Below the pieces are notes generated by a model. It saw only the letters and a program-made list of their open reading frames with translations. It was not told the origin of the DNA and ran no database searches. A program made the translations under genes and the position numbers. From positions 151,811-215,810 of the forward strand of contig JANYHK010000120.1 in assembly GCA_025359105.1 (NCBI GenBank): a DNA stretch of 64,000 bases, read 5' to 3'. Shown here in pieces: positions 9,201 through 19,913 of the stretch; within the stretch, counting starts at the first letter, position 1; each line of letters begins with the position of its first letter. The stretch is from Myxococcales bacterium. Lineage in GTDB: Bacteria; Myxococcota_A; Polyangia; Polyangiales; Polyangiaceae.

Positions 9201-11246
9201 TCAGGGGCCCGCGGAGAGCTCCGCGCGAAGCGTGTCGATGCGCCGCTGCAGTCCGTCGTCGCGCTCGCGGCTCCGATCGAACATCAGGTCGAGCGCGGGG
9301 CCGACCTCGGCGAGGGAGGCCTTCCCCTTGCGGAAAATTGGCACCGTTTCGCCATAGAGATCGCGGTGCAGCGTGTCTTTCACGATGGCGTCGGCGATGC
9401 GCAGGACGTCGGCGTGCGTCGGCGTCATCGATGAAAGCGCGCGCAGCGCCTCAGCCTGCGTGGGCAAGTCCACGTTGGGCGCGCCGAGCTTGGCGGTGAG
9501 GACGCCCATCACGCGGGCCTTGGACGCCGGCGTGTCGTACTTGCGCAGCGAGTTCAGCGCCGCGACGCGCCGGTCCTGCACGGGATCGTCGCTCAAGCGC
9601 AGGAGGAGCGGCTCCTGGCTCGGCACCGCCGCGTTGCCCAGCGCGGCGATGTACGCGTTCGTGTGCGCGCGCTTGGCCTCTTCGATGTTCATCTTCTCGA
9701 CGATCCGCGCGCACAGCTTCTCGGCGCCCTCGAGTCTGCGCGTCTCCTTCATGTGACCGGCCACGCTGCCCAGCGTGTAGACGCTCGCGGTGCGGAGGTT
9801 GTCTTCGGCCTCGTCTTTGGCGGCGGCACTGTGGAGGCGATCGAAGGTCTCCTCGGCGAAGTGGACCGTGGCGTCGCTGGGCGCGCGGACGAGGCTGACG
9901 CGCTGGTAGAGCGAGAAATACTCGGGCAGCGCGCGCGTGCGCGGATCTCGGAGGATCTGCAACAGCGCCGCCTGGACGACGTCGTTCCCGGCGCTCGCAA
10001 GAATGTCGAGCGCGAACGCCCGCCCGGGGTAGCTCATCGATTTTTCGTGGACGAGCTCCACGAACTTGGTGGACTCCTCTGGATGCAGCTTGAGGAGCCC
10101 CGTGGCGCGATTGAAGAACTTGAGCTGGTCGGGAGCCTTGTCGCCGAGGACGGCCACCGCGCGGAGGTGGGACAGGAGTGCGGGTCCGGTGAGCCCCTCG
10201 AGCCGATCTTCCACGGCCTTTCGCTCTGCGGCGGGATCGATCGTCGACTCCCACGGCACGTGCGTGGCCAGCGCGCCGAGGTGCTTCGGCGCCGTCTCCC
10301 CTTCTCCATGGCGCCCCTCTCCGAGCTTCAGCGATAGGCCGTGCTCGACGTCGACGGCGGGCGACGACGTGTCAGTCTTCGTCACCTTCAGGGTCTCGCC
10401 GCCCGTGACCGAAGCGAGCGCGCCGTCCTCCCGGAACGCGAACAGCGCGCCGGACTCCAGCTCCTGCGTGTACTCGGTGAGGTCCGCGCGCGAAGGGAGC
10501 CCGCCGATATGTGTGTAGGCTACACGGCTCCGATAGAGCTGCCGATCGCCGCGGACCTCGTATTTCGTGGTCGCAACGCCGAACGGCGTCGTCTCGGAGG
10601 TCTCGACCTCACGATCGCCCGGATGCTCCGGCCTGGCGTGGAGGATGGCGCCGATGAGCCGCTGCACGAAATTGGTGAACGTCGCGGGCGTCCCCTCGGC
10701 AAATCGAATGGACTGCAGCGCGCCGTCGGGGTTGAACACCAGGTACCCGCTGGCGCGGGCGATGTCCTCCGCGAGGAGCGCCGTGATCTCCGTCGAGCGT
10801 GGATCGCCCTCCAGCGCCTCCACGTGTCGGACCTCCACGAGCATCACCGGGTGGGCGTCGCGCGGGATCATGGCGGTCAGCCTCACCTCGCCGCGCATAC
10901 CGGACTTCGGGTGTGCGACCAGGTCGGGCTCGGGCAGCGCGGACGCCGACAAGAAGAGGCTCTGCGCCTTCTCGGTCCAGGTGAACGCGTAGTCGAACGC
11001 GTCGCCCGGTTTCGCGGGCGACGCGAACAGGTGGCCGTAATGCCCGCCGCCCGTGACCGCCGGGATCGCGCCTTCGACGGGCGAAGAGTCGAGGCTCGCT
11101 CCGCCGGCAGGGCGCGTACCGATCGCGCGCGCGACGAGGCCCGCGACGAGGACGATCGCGGCGACGCCGAGGAAGCGCTGCACCGCCGTGGCGTGACGAA
11201 CGGCCCGCGCCGCCGCCCGCGCCGCCGATTGTAGCGCCCCGATCAC
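9201..11246 (-). CDS. membrane-anchored HEAT / PBS-lyase-like repeat protein (hypothetical)
   Basis: N-terminal transmembrane helix (FLGVAAIVLVAGLVARAIG). The C-terminal half has helical repeats resembling PBS-lyase HEAT repeats (DDPVQDRRVAALNSLRKYDTP). Confidence 0.65.
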   Translation of the reverse strand: MIGALQSAARAAARAVRHATAVQRFLGVAAIVLVAGLVARAIGTRPAGGASLDSSPVEGAIPAVTGGGHYGHLFASPAKPGDAFDYAFTWTEKAQSLFLSASALPEPDLVAHPKSGMRGEVRLTAMIPRDAHPVMLVEVRHVEALEGDPRSTEITALLAEDIARASGYLVFNPDGALQSIRFAEGTPATFTNFVQRLIGAILHARPEHPGDREVETSETTPFGVATTKYEVRGDRQLYRSRVAYTHIGGLPSRADLTEYTQELESGALFAFREDGALASVTGGETLKVTKTDTSSPAVDVEHGLSLKLGEGRHGEGETAPKHLGALATHVPWESTIDPAAERKAVEDRLEGLTGPALLSHLRAVAVLGDKAPDQLKFFNRATGLLKLHPEESTKFVELVHEKSMSYPGRAFALDILASAGNDVVQAALLQILRDPRTRALPEYFSLYQRVSLVRAPSDATVHFAEETFDRLHSAAAKDEAEDNLRTASVYTLGSVAGHMKETRRLEGAEKLCARIVEKMNIEEAKRAHTNAYIAALGNAAVPSQEPLLLRLSDDPVQDRRVAALNSLRKYDTPASKARVMGVLTAKLGAPNVDLPTQAEALRALSSMTPTHADVLRIADAIVKDTLHRDLYGETVPIFRKGKASLAEVGPALDLMFDRSRERDDGLQRRIDTLRAELSAGP

Positions 11247-11250
11247 GAGG

Positions 11251-11442
11251 TCAGGTCTCGACGGCGCTGCACGAGGGGAACTCGCCCCCGGTGCACTGCT
11301 TGACGACCTTGGGCGGCCGGCACACGACGACGCCCGCGCGCGTTCGCGCGCTGTGCACGAAGACTCCGCCCAAGCTCCCCGCCGCGAGCGCGGTCATCCA
11401 TACGTAGGTCGCACTTCGCTGACGCACCGAGCGTGTTCTCAT
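11251..11442 (-). CDS. small hypothetical membrane protein (63 aa)
   Basis: MRTRSVRQRSATYVWMTALAAGSLGGVFVHSAR... with one transmembrane helix and fairly high GC3. It stops 5 nt before the start of the downstream 681-aa gene. The call is weak. Confidence 0.3.
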   Translation of the reverse strand: MRTRSVRQRSATYVWMTALAAGSLGGVFVHSARTRAGVVVCRPPKVVKQCTGGEFPSCSAVET

Positions 11443-11631
11443 GAAGGCCCTCCCAACGTGGCCCATCCTATGTGGCACCTGCGTCGAACTGCCACTGTGA
11501 AAGGAGGCCGAACGTTCATTCGCGAACGGCGCGGCTCCGCACGATGCAACGGCTGCACGCGGACTGCGCAGCGCTTGCACGAGCAAGCCCTTTGCTGCGT
11601 TAATCCGGTCGGCAGCAAGTAAAGAGCGCGG

Positions 11632-12000
11632 TTATCGTGGCGGGGCGCTCGCGCGGAGGCGCGACGCGATTCGCTCTTCGAGCGCGGTCGCCTCGATGCC
11701 GAGCGTCGCCGCCGACGCGAGGAGGAGCGCGCGCTCTCGAGGGTCGACGCGCCCATCCACGACGGCGGCGTCGACGAGGAGCACCATCACGCGGAGGCGC
11801 ACGTCCGGCGCGAGCGCCCGCAGCGTGGTGGTGGTGCGCCCGACGGAGTCCTGCGAGAACGGGCCGACCTCGCGCTCGGGGAGCCCGAAGCGCTCCACGA
11901 CGCGCCGATAGAACTCACGCTCGGAGTCCGTGATCTCGCCGTCCGCCGCGATGATCGTCTCGAGCAGCTGGCAGACCTTGTAGCGATCCTCGACGTCCAT
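11632..12000 (-). CDS. TerB-like (tellurite-resistance TerB / DjlA N-terminal domain) family protein
   Basis: 122 aa with the TerB-like pattern (ETIIAADGEITDSEREFYRRVVERFGL ... VMVLLVDAAVVDGRVDPRERALLLASAATLG). Confidence 0.65.
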   Translation of the reverse strand: MDVEDRYKVCQLLETIIAADGEITDSEREFYRRVVERFGLPEREVGPFSQDSVGRTTTTLRALAPDVRLRVMVLLVDAAVVDGRVDPRERALLLASAATLGIEATALEERIASRLRASAPPR

Positions 12001-12074
12001 GTGCGCTCCATCCTAAGAGACGCACCGCGTGGCGGCGAGGGCCGCCGTATCCGTCGATCAGGATAGCGCGAAGC

Positions 12075-13223
12075 TCAAAACGCCAGATCGACCAGCACCT
12101 GCCGGTGGTCGAGGCCCGGATGGGCCGCCCAGGGGTGGTCGTCGTAGTCTCCGAGCGCGGAGCCGTATTTCAGATCCTGCGACGCGCCGCGGTAAAAGTT
12201 ACCGCACGTCGTGCACGCCGTGCCGAAGTTCGAGAAGGCGTGGTCGTACTGCCAGTTGCCGATCGGAAGGATGTACTGCGCGCTGTACTCGTCGTCGTGC
12301 GGCGCGAACGTGAAGTGCTGGCCCTTGCTGTAGTTGACGTGGAAGCCGCTCGGCACCTGGAGCTCGTCGTCGCGTTGCGTGTTCCAGTCGCCGCCGATGA
12401 TCACGCGCTTCTTTCCCGCGGCGAGCGTGCTCCACGCGCGACCGATCTCTTCCATACGGCACTTCTTCTGCGCCGAGCTGATCGGGTTCGACGGCGGATG
12501 GATCGCGATCGCGGTGATCACGATCGGCTCGCCGTGCTCGTCCTTGCTCCCGAGGAGCTCGAGATCGGCCGAGCGGGCCGTGAAGTCGTAGTGGCAGTTG
12601 GTTTTGTCCCACGCGTCGGCGTTCGAGCCGAAGACGTGCCCCACCGATCGCAGCCCGAACTTTTTCGTGTCGTAGACGACGCACTCGTGGCGGTGCGAGC
12701 CCTTCGGGTTGTCCATCGGGTACGCGGCGTCCTCGAGGCCGGTGTCGCGATCGATGCTCGCATGGCACGAGACGCCGTACGGCTTGGCGGGGACGTCGGG
12801 GAGGATGGGGCCGCCGAGGTTCTTGCTCGCGTCGCCGCCGCGCTTCACGTCGCTCTCGAAGATCGTGCGCGTGAGCTGCGGCTCGTCCATGACCTCGGAG
12901 ATGAGGATGACGTCCGGTTTCCACGTCGCGATGTACGCGCGGATCTGCTGCGACACGTCTGCGGCGCAGAGCTTGTCCTCGTAGGGGGTGCATCCTCCGC
13001 GCACGTCGGCGTTTCCAACGTTCATCGCCAGGTAGCGCAGGTGATGACGCGACGCGCCGAGCGCCGAGGTGTCCTCGGGGGGCGCGTCGGAGACCGCGGC
13101 GTCCGAGCCGCAGGCGGCGAGGCCGACAAGGAGCGGCAGAGAGAAGAGGAGGTACGTGCTGCGCGGCGTTTGGGATGTCACAGGGGGGGGGCGACCTCTG
13201 TAAGCAAACGTCACACCCGCCAT
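12075..13223 (-). CDS. endonuclease/exonuclease/phosphatase (EEP) family lipoprotein
   Basis: Lipobox LVGLAAC. EEP signatures ISEVMDE (catalytic Glu region) and IIGGDWN, plus the C-terminal His region. The start codon could not be pinned down: a 9-G homopolymer sits in the first 15 codons, and my hand count of positions there disagrees with the ORF track by 1 nt. Confidence 0.8.
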   Translation of the reverse strand: MAGVTFAYRGRPPPVTSQTPRSTYLLFSLPLLVGLAACGSDAAVSDAPPEDTSALGASRHHLRYLAMNVGNADVRGGCTPYEDKLCAADVSQQIRAYIATWKPDVILISEVMDEPQLTRTIFESDVKRGGDASKNLGGPILPDVPAKPYGVSCHASIDRDTGLEDAAYPMDNPKGSHRHECVVYDTKKFGLRSVGHVFGSNADAWDKTNCHYDFTARSADLELLGSKDEHGEPIVITAIAIHPPSNPISSAQKKCRMEEIGRAWSTLAAGKKRVIIGGDWNTQRDDELQVPSGFHVNYSKGQHFTFAPHDDEYSAQYILPIGNWQYDHAFSNFGTACTTCGNFYRGASQDLKYGSALGDYDDHPWAAHPGLDHRQVLVDLAF

Positions 13224-13408
13224 GGCCCCTTGAAATCATTCATGGTTTGGCTGAAATTGGGTCCACGACGATCCGGGCGTCTGCCACGCGCGATCCAGCC
13301 AGCGCTCCCCACCTACTTCTTCAGCGTCGCACGAAGAAAAAGGATGCCCGTCGCTCCCGAGCAAAAGCCACTTGGCGGCGAGCCCGCAGCGCGGGAAGTG
13401 CGTTCGCT

Positions 13409-14008
13409 CTAGGGTGCGGGCGCCGCGATCGCGAGGCGCACCTTCGCGCCCGTCTTGAACTGGTCGACGGGCTTGCCGTTGACGCTCATCTTCGACTTCT
13501 CTTCGTCGATCGTCAGCGTCACGACGTCCTTGTCGAGCTTCTTCACGGTGACCGACGCGATCCCGAGCCACCCCTGGATCGTGCCGCCGAAGAGCCCGCC
13601 CAGAGCGCCGAGCGGGCTCGCTTCGCCAGGCTTTCCTTCGAAGAATCTCTCGAGAGAGCCCTTCGCTCCGACGGCGGGCGCATCCCCCGAGACCTTGACG
13701 GTGAGCTCACGGCCCTTGTGCGATTTCAGCGTTCCTTCGAGCTGCGCGGGCGGCGGCGGCGGCGGCGGTTTGGCTGCGGGCGTCGGCGGCGGCTCCGGGG
13801 CGGGCGGTGGCTCCTCTTTCGCGGCGACGGTCGGCTGCGTGGGCGCGACGGGCGCGGACGGCGGGGTCGCTGTCGGAATCGGCGCGGACGTGGGCTCCGG
13901 GCTCGAGATGGGGGCGACGGGCTCGGGGGCCGAGCCGCCGCACGCCAGACTCAGAAGAAGTGGTAGGCAGAGGAGGAGCGGAGGTCTGCTCGACAAGCCA
14001 TGGTTCAT
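13409..14008 (-). CDS. hypothetical lipoprotein with Pro-rich linker
   Basis: MNHGLSSRPPLLLCLPLLLSLACGG lipobox signal, a P/A/T-rich low-complexity linker, then a C-terminal globular part. Confidence 0.65.
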   Translation of the reverse strand: MNHGLSSRPPLLLCLPLLLSLACGGSAPEPVAPISSPEPTSAPIPTATPPSAPVAPTQPTVAAKEEPPPAPEPPPTPAAKPPPPPPPAQLEGTLKSHKGRELTVKVSGDAPAVGAKGSLERFFEGKPGEASPLGALGGLFGGTIQGWLGIASVTVKKLDKDVVTLTIDEEKSKMSVNGKPVDQFKTGAKVRLAIAAPAP

Positions 14009-14167
14009 GAACGCACCGTCACGCGAAGAGGAGCCCGACAGCTCATCTCTACGCGCGGGCGCGACAATCCTCCCCCGGAGACCTCGGCGTAGCGCGCGCC
14101 ACGGCGCTCCCCGCGATTTGCCGGCACATTACTTGGCAGCCGCGCGTTCTTTTGGCAGTACTCGATC

Positions 14168-15448
14168 ATGGACGCGATAAGGATCAAGGGCGGGGTCCCC
14201 CTCAAGGGGACGGTGCGCATCAGTGGTGCGAAGAACGCCGCTCTCCCCATCCTGTGCGCGACGCTCCTCTCGGACGGGGCGAGCAAGCTCCGCAACGTGC
14301 CGAAGCTGCGCGACATCGACACCACTGCGGCGCTCCTGCGCTTCCTGGGGCGCGACGTCAGCGTCGACGCGCCGGAGGTGCACGTCGCCGCCGGCTCGAC
14401 CGTCCGCCCCGAGGCGCCGTACGAGCTCGTGAAGCAGATGCGCGCGAGCGTGCTGGTGCTCGGGCCGCTGGTGGCGCGCTTCGGGCGCGCGAAGGTCTCG
14501 CTCCCCGGCGGCTGCCAGATCGGCGCCCGCCCCATCGATCAGCACCTGAAGGGGCTCGAAGCGATGGGCTGCACGATCCGCCTCGAGCGCGGCTACGTCA
14601 TCGCCGAGGGCCCGAACGGCGGCGGTCGCCTCAAGGGGGCAGAGGTGGTCTTCGATCTGCCGACGGTCACCGGCACGGAGAATCTGATGATGGCTGCCGC
14701 GCTGGCGAAGGGGCGCACGACGCTCGTGAACTGCGCGCGCGAGCCGGAGGTCGAAGAGCTCGGGCGCATCTTGAACAAGATGGGCGCCGAGGTGGACGGC
14801 GCGGGCACCGACGTCATGCACATCCGCGGCTCCGACCGCGGTGAGCTCGCGCCCTTCGATCACGCGATCATCCCCGATCGCATCGAGGCCGGCACGTACA
14901 TGGTCGCCGCCGCCGCGACGATGGGCGACGTGACGCTCGAGGGCGCGGAGTTGCGCGATCTCGAGGTGCTCGTCGTCAAGATGCGGCAAGCCGGTGTCGA
15001 GATCGCCAGCGAAGGCATGAACGTTCGCGTCCGGCGCACCGGCCCGCTCAAGCCGGTCAACGTCACGACGTCGCCCCACCCCGGCTTCCCGACGGACATG
15101 CAGGCCCAGTTCCTCATGCTCATGTGCCTCGCGAAGGGCGAGAGCGTCATCAGCGAGACGATCTTCGAGAACCGCTTCATGCACGTGCCGGAGCTGCAGC
15201 GCATGGGAGCGACCGTCGCACTCCGTGGTAATACGGCCGTCGTGCAGGGCGTCGACAAGCTGTACGGGGCCAGCGTCATGGCGACCGATCTCCGCGCGAG
15301 CGCGTCGCTCGTCATTGCGGGCCTCGTCACCGAAGAGGAGACGGAGGTGCGCCGCGTCTACCACCTGGATCGCGGCTACGAGCGGATCGAGGACAAGCTC
15401 GGTCGCCTGGGCGCGACGGTGCAGCGTGTGAAGAACGCGGAGGCGTGA
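14168..15448 (+). CDS. murA: UDP-N-acetylglucosamine 1-carboxyvinyltransferase
   Basis: [34 protein letters not shown]... is the canonical MurA N-terminus. EPSP-synthase-like fold motifs run throughout, 426 aa. Confidence 0.95.
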   Translation: MDAIRIKGGVPLKGTVRISGAKNAALPILCATLLSDGASKLRNVPKLRDIDTTAALLRFLGRDVSVDAPEVHVAAGSTVRPEAPYELVKQMRASVLVLGPLVARFGRAKVSLPGGCQIGARPIDQHLKGLEAMGCTIRLERGYVIAEGPNGGGRLKGAEVVFDLPTVTGTENLMMAAALAKGRTTLVNCAREPEVEELGRILNKMGAEVDGAGTDVMHIRGSDRGELAPFDHAIIPDRIEAGTYMVAAAATMGDVTLEGAELRDLEVLVVKMRQAGVEIASEGMNVRVRRTGPLKPVNVTTSPHPGFPTDMQAQFLMLMCLAKGESVISETIFENRFMHVPELQRMGATVALRGNTAVVQGVDKLYGASVMATDLRASASLVIAGLVTEEETEVRRVYHLDRGYERIEDKLGRLGATVQRVKNAEA

Positions 15449-16057
15449 GGCCGTGAACCCCGTCACGATTGCGGTCCCCAAGGGGCGCATCTTGAAGCCG
15501 CTCGCGGCGCTCCTCGCGCGCGCCGGCATCCCAGCGGACGTGCTCCTCGCCGACGATCGCGCGCTCATCCGCGTGGCGGGGCCCGAGCTGCGCTTCCTGC
15601 TGCTCAAGCCCGACGACGTGCCCACGTACGTCGAGTACGGCGCGGCGGATCTCGGCGTCTGCGGGCGCGACGTGCTCGACGAGCGCGAGGCGCAGCTGTA
15701 CCGGCCGATCGATCTGGGTATCGGAGTGTGCCGGATGGTGGTGGCGGGCCCCGTGGGCAAGGACGAGCCCCGCGATCTCCCGCGCGTGGCGACGAAATAC
15801 CCGCGGACCGCCGCCGCCCACTTCGCCCGCAAGGGCGTCCAGGCCGAGATCGTTTACTGCGGCGGCTCCGTCGAGCTCGCCCCAATCACCGGCCTGGCCG
15901 ATCTCATCGTCGATCTCGTCGAGACCGGCTCGACGCTCGTGAAGAACGGCCTCGCCGAGCGGGAAATCGTCTCCCGCGTGTCCAGCGTCCTCGTCGCGAA
16001 CCGTGCATCCTACAAGCTCCGCCGCGCGGAGATCGCGCCGCTCGTCGAGCGACTGCG

Positions 16058-16611
<554 letters not shown>

Positions 16612-16615
<4 letters not shown>

Positions 16616-16884
16616 GCGAATGCCTCGTTTGCGTGCAGCGGCGCGACGCCCGCGGCGGTGCTCGCGAGGTCGGGCCGGCGGTCCTCCCACACCGTCGGCT
16701 CGCGCACCTGCATCGTGCCGTTGAGCGGCAACGCGTCGAGGCGGACGGTGAGCGAGCCGTCCCTGTTGGTGAAGGCGGCGCCGATCTTCACCCAGATGGC
16801 CTTGCCGCTCTTGCTGTCCACCACGGTGTAGACGTTCTTGTGGTCGACGGTCTTGCTCGGCGTATTCGTGACGTTGGGTTCCAT
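16612..16884 (-). CDS. small hypothetical protein (90 aa), translationally coupled to the comEA-like gene
   Basis: ATG at 16884 preceded by AGGAGA. MEPNVTNTPSKTVDHKNVYTVVDSKSGKAIWVKIGAAFTNRDGSL... Only the first 15 codons of the track ORF look like antisense junk. Confidence 0.5.
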
Positions 16885-17114
16885 GACTCGATCTCCTGTT
16901 CGTGCGTTCGTCCGTTCTTGCGACGTGCGCACGGGGAGGCCTAAGCGACGGGCGTGCCAGGGCCAGCCCCTGGAATTTCAAGGCGATCGAAGCCGCGGCG
17001 ATTGTCCGGGACGGTCCTGGGGTGTCCCCGGACGGTTTTTCGCGACACCGGGACGCGGCGCGAACGTATTGCCTCGATGACGCGCGCGACATCGTCGCTG
17101 TGCGGGGGCACGTC

Positions 17115-17160
17115 GAAACGACGAACGACGACGAACGACGACGAACGACGAACGACGAAG
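17115..17160. repeat. intergenic decamer tandem repeat (acgaacgacg) x3 plus partial copies
   Basis: Seen directly: cgaaacg acgaacgacg acgaacgacg acgaacgacg aacgacgaag, just upstream of the lipoprotein gene at 17171. Confidence 0.7.
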
Positions 17161-17170
17161 AGGAGAGGCC

Positions 17171-17659
17171 ATGCGACGAATGGGTGCATGCGTGGGCGTG
17201 TTGGCGCTTCCGGCGCTGCTGGGGGTTGTGGGGTGCGCGTCCGCGGCGGCCGAGCGCCCTCTGCAGGAGTCGGCGGCACACGGGCTCGCGTTCGAGATCT
17301 CGGCCGATCTGGCGGACACGTGCAGGCCGACCGGGAGGCCGCGTGTGCTCGCCGCGGACGCCGTGGACTCGGTCGACAGTGTCGTCGTGCGCGCGCATGA
17401 CGGCTGGCTGTCCGTGGCGTTCACGAGCAAGGCCCGCGGTCGCGTAACGCTCGATCTCGAGCCGCAGACGCTGAACGTCCTCGTCGCGCGAGCTCAGGAC
17501 CCCGCGTCACTGCCCATGTCCACCGGAGCGCTGTCGGCCGCCGATGCCAACGGCCACGGCCTCGTCGCCTTCCTGGTCCCCGGCCCCACGGGCATGGTCA
17601 TCGCGGCCGCCCCCCTAGACTGCCCTCACTCAATCAGGTCCCAAGATCAGGTCCGCTGA
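17171..17659 (+). CDS. hypothetical lipoprotein
   Basis: RBS GAGGAGAGG. MRRMGACVGVLALPALLGVVGCAS lipobox signal. Confidence 0.6.
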   Translation: MRRMGACVGVLALPALLGVVGCASAAAERPLQESAAHGLAFEISADLADTCRPTGRPRVLAADAVDSVDSVVVRAHDGWLSVAFTSKARGRVTLDLEPQTLNVLVARAQDPASLPMSTGALSAADANGHGLVAFLVPGPTGMVIAAAPLDCPHSIRSQDQVR

Positions 17660-17765
17660 TGCCGTTTCTGCCCTTCTGCTTCTTCTCGTGCACCGCACGA
17701 GTCGCCGAAGGCGATTTTCGGGGAGGCTCGTCGCGCCAGCGACGGGCGGGCGAAAGCCCGGATAC

Positions 17766-18452
17766 CTACCGTCGGACTCCCGTGAGGAGCCGGCCGGTCA
17801 CGGCGCCCAGACCCATCAGGATGATGATCGGCGTGATGTGGCCGACGAGAACGTGTGCAGGGCCCGCGATGGGGCACCACAAATCCACGACGGCTCCCGC
17901 GACGGCGCCCATCGCCACGCCGCGCGCGGCGCCCGCCGCGGCAGGAGCGGACGGGTTGCGCTCTCGACGTACGTACGAGATCGCCACGAGGGGCCACGCC
18001 GTCATCGCGAGGGTGAAGGAAAGGCATCGGAAGCCCCGCCTGCCCGCGTACTCGGCCATCGTCTCGGGAAACTGCGTGTTCCAGAGGAACATCCACCCGA
18101 AGAGGACCACCGGAGTGACGATCGCGACGGCGATGAGCCACTGCCAGCGTCGCCCGAGCATCGAGTTCCCGCGACTGAACGCCGCCCACATGGCGACCGC
18201 CGCGACGGCCGACCAGCCGATGACGGTGCCGCAAATGAACGAAAGCGGACGGTCGGGGATGGGCCCCGTCGGATTGTTCGGATCGCCCGTGTGAACGCCG
18301 CCGAGCCAGAAGAACATGGCTGCGGCGAAGAGGACCGCTGCGATGGAGACGAGCAGCACGCTCCGTCGCGCGGACGCCCGCGTCGGCGACGCCTCCTTCT
18401 TGGCGGCGGCCGCGATGCGGGATTTCAGGTCCGGCGATAGATTCACAGCCAC
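17766..18452 (-). CDS. anti-sigma factor, polytopic membrane protein (DUF1109 / NrsF-like)
   Basis: Cytoplasmic N-terminus followed by about 6 transmembrane helices. It overlaps the 3' end of the upstream ECF sigma gene by 10 nt, the usual sigma/anti-sigma arrangement. Confidence 0.65.
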   Translation of the reverse strand: MAVNLSPDLKSRIAAAAKKEASPTRASARRSVLLVSIAAVLFAAAMFFWLGGVHTGDPNNPTGPIPDRPLSFICGTVIGWSAVAAVAMWAAFSRGNSMLGRRWQWLIAVAIVTPVVLFGWMFLWNTQFPETMAEYAGRRGFRCLSFTLAMTAWPLVAISYVRRERNPSAPAAAGAARGVAMGAVAGAVVDLWCPIAGPAHVLVGHITPIIILMGLGAVTGRLLTGVRR

Positions 18453-19036
18453 TCCTTGTCTAGCATGTCCCCGAGAGACGCACGAAGTGCGTCATAGGCG
18501 CGAAACGCCCGAAGCTTTGCGGCGTTTGGCGAGATTCCGAGGACTTCGGCGGCCTCTGCGATCGACAGGCCGTCGACCTTCACGAGGATGAACGCCTCGC
18601 GCTGCGGCTCCGGCATAAGGCCGAGCTCGACCTCCACCTTGGCCGCGATCTCGCGGGCCTCCACCATCTGATCGCCGCGCGGCGACCGCGACGGGGGCGG
18701 GTCCGACTCGATGTCGGCGTCTCGCGCGATCGGAACCTGGCGCTGGCTCTTTCGGCCCGCGTCGATGAGGAGGCGGCGCGCGATGGTGAACGCCCACGGA
18801 GTCACGCGCGCGCCGCGAAAGAAGCTCGCGCGGGCGCTGCACATGTTCAGGAACGTCTCCTGGAGGAGGTCCTCGGCCTGTCCGACGCTGCGCGTCTGCC
18901 GTGTAAGGAAACGCAGGAGGCGCGGCGCGAGCGCGTCGTACACCTCGCCGAACGCGGCTTCGTCGCCGTCGGCGTAGCGCTCCATCGCGGCGTCGACCAC
19001 GTCGGTCGTGCCCGTCGTTTCGATGCGATTGTCCAA
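18443..19036 (-). CDS. RNA polymerase ECF-type sigma-70 factor
   Basis: Sigma-70 region 2 (DEAAFGEVYDALAPRLLRFLTRQT...EDLLQETFLNM) and region 4 (LSIAEAAEVLGISPNAAKLRAFRAYDALR). The start is either TTG at 19036 or ATG at 18985. Confidence 0.85.
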   Translation of the reverse strand: MDNRIETTGTTDVVDAAMERYADGDEAAFGEVYDALAPRLLRFLTRQTRSVGQAEDLLQETFLNMCSARASFFRGARVTPWAFTIARRLLIDAGRKSQRQVPIARDADIESDPPPSRSPRGDQMVEAREIAAKVEVELGLMPEPQREAFILVKVDGLSIAEAAEVLGISPNAAKLRAFRAYDALRASLGDMLDKEWL

Positions 19037-19361
19037 CCCAACCCCCAGCCCGCACCCGGGCGGCCCGTATCGAAGAAAGCCTAGAGCCCCCTATCCACCC
19101 CGGCCGCAACCCCCCTCCGAGGTATACGATCCGAACCTCATCCGGTGTCGCCTTTCTAGGCGGGAATCGAGCGATGCGAGAAGGAATCGCGAGGCGCACT
19201 ATTTTCGAGGCGCCGCGACACCTCACCGCTCGGCCGTCGTAGTGGTTGATTGCGCCGCGCAGAGTCGCCCTTCCGGGGCGGCCGCCAGAGCGCAGTGGGG
19301 CAGACAGAACAAGACGGCAGGCGGAGACGCGCTGCCCTGGAGGAGGTGTTCCTTGGAAACG

Positions 19362-19913
19362 ATGGCCAGGACGTTGGGGTTCGTGTGTCTGCTGAGCGCG
19401 CTCGTCGGGTGCGCCGAGACGCAAACGGGGGCTGCGCACGCGACCACGGCGGCGGCACTCAGCGAAGCCGACGCGACAGACAAGAAGCCGGTCGTGCGTC
19501 TTCGCATGGAGGTGGCGAGCGATCCGGTGCAAGAGCTCGCCTTCCTCGTGGTGCGGCGCTCGCTCGTCGAGCAGGGCTTCGTCGTGAGCAGCGGATTCAC
19601 CGACGGCTTCGACGCCGACCTCTTGATCCGTAGCGCATCTCCTGGCGGCGGCGGCGGCGGCGGCGGCAGCGGCAGCGGGACGCACGTCTCGCTCGTCGCC
19701 AAGCTCGGTGCTCGCCTCATGCTGCCCGTCACGGTGGACCTCGCCGTCACGGGCCACGACGAGGCCGACGTCGAGGCGCTCTCGGACCTCGCGATGCGGT
19801 GGCAGCGCCGCTTCAGCCGGAGCCCTCGCCTCGACCGGCACCTCGAGCCGGACATGGTCACAGTCTCCGCGTCGGTGACCGCGGCACGCACCAGCCCCGG
19901 GCTTTTGCCGTGA
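19362..19913 (+). CDS. hypothetical lipoprotein with poly-Gly tract
   Basis: The internal start MARTLGFVCLLSALVGCAE follows GGAGGAGG. The preceding part of the track ORF is R/P-rich junk. GGGGGGGGSGSG tract. The stop overlaps the next start (TGATG). Confidence 0.6.
   Translation: MARTLGFVCLLSALVGCAETQTGAAHATTAAALSEADATDKKPVVRLRMEVASDPVQELAFLVVRRSLVEQGFVVSSGFTDGFDADLLIRSASPGGGGGGGGSGSGTHVSLVAKLGARLMLPVTVDLAVTGHDEADVEALSDLAMRWQRRFSRSPRLDRHLEPDMVTVSASVTAARTSPGLLP

Noticed and set aside
14129-15832. 567-aa minus-strand ORF opposite murA and hisG
   Set aside because: R-rich antisense artifact. murA and hisG on the plus strand are unambiguous.
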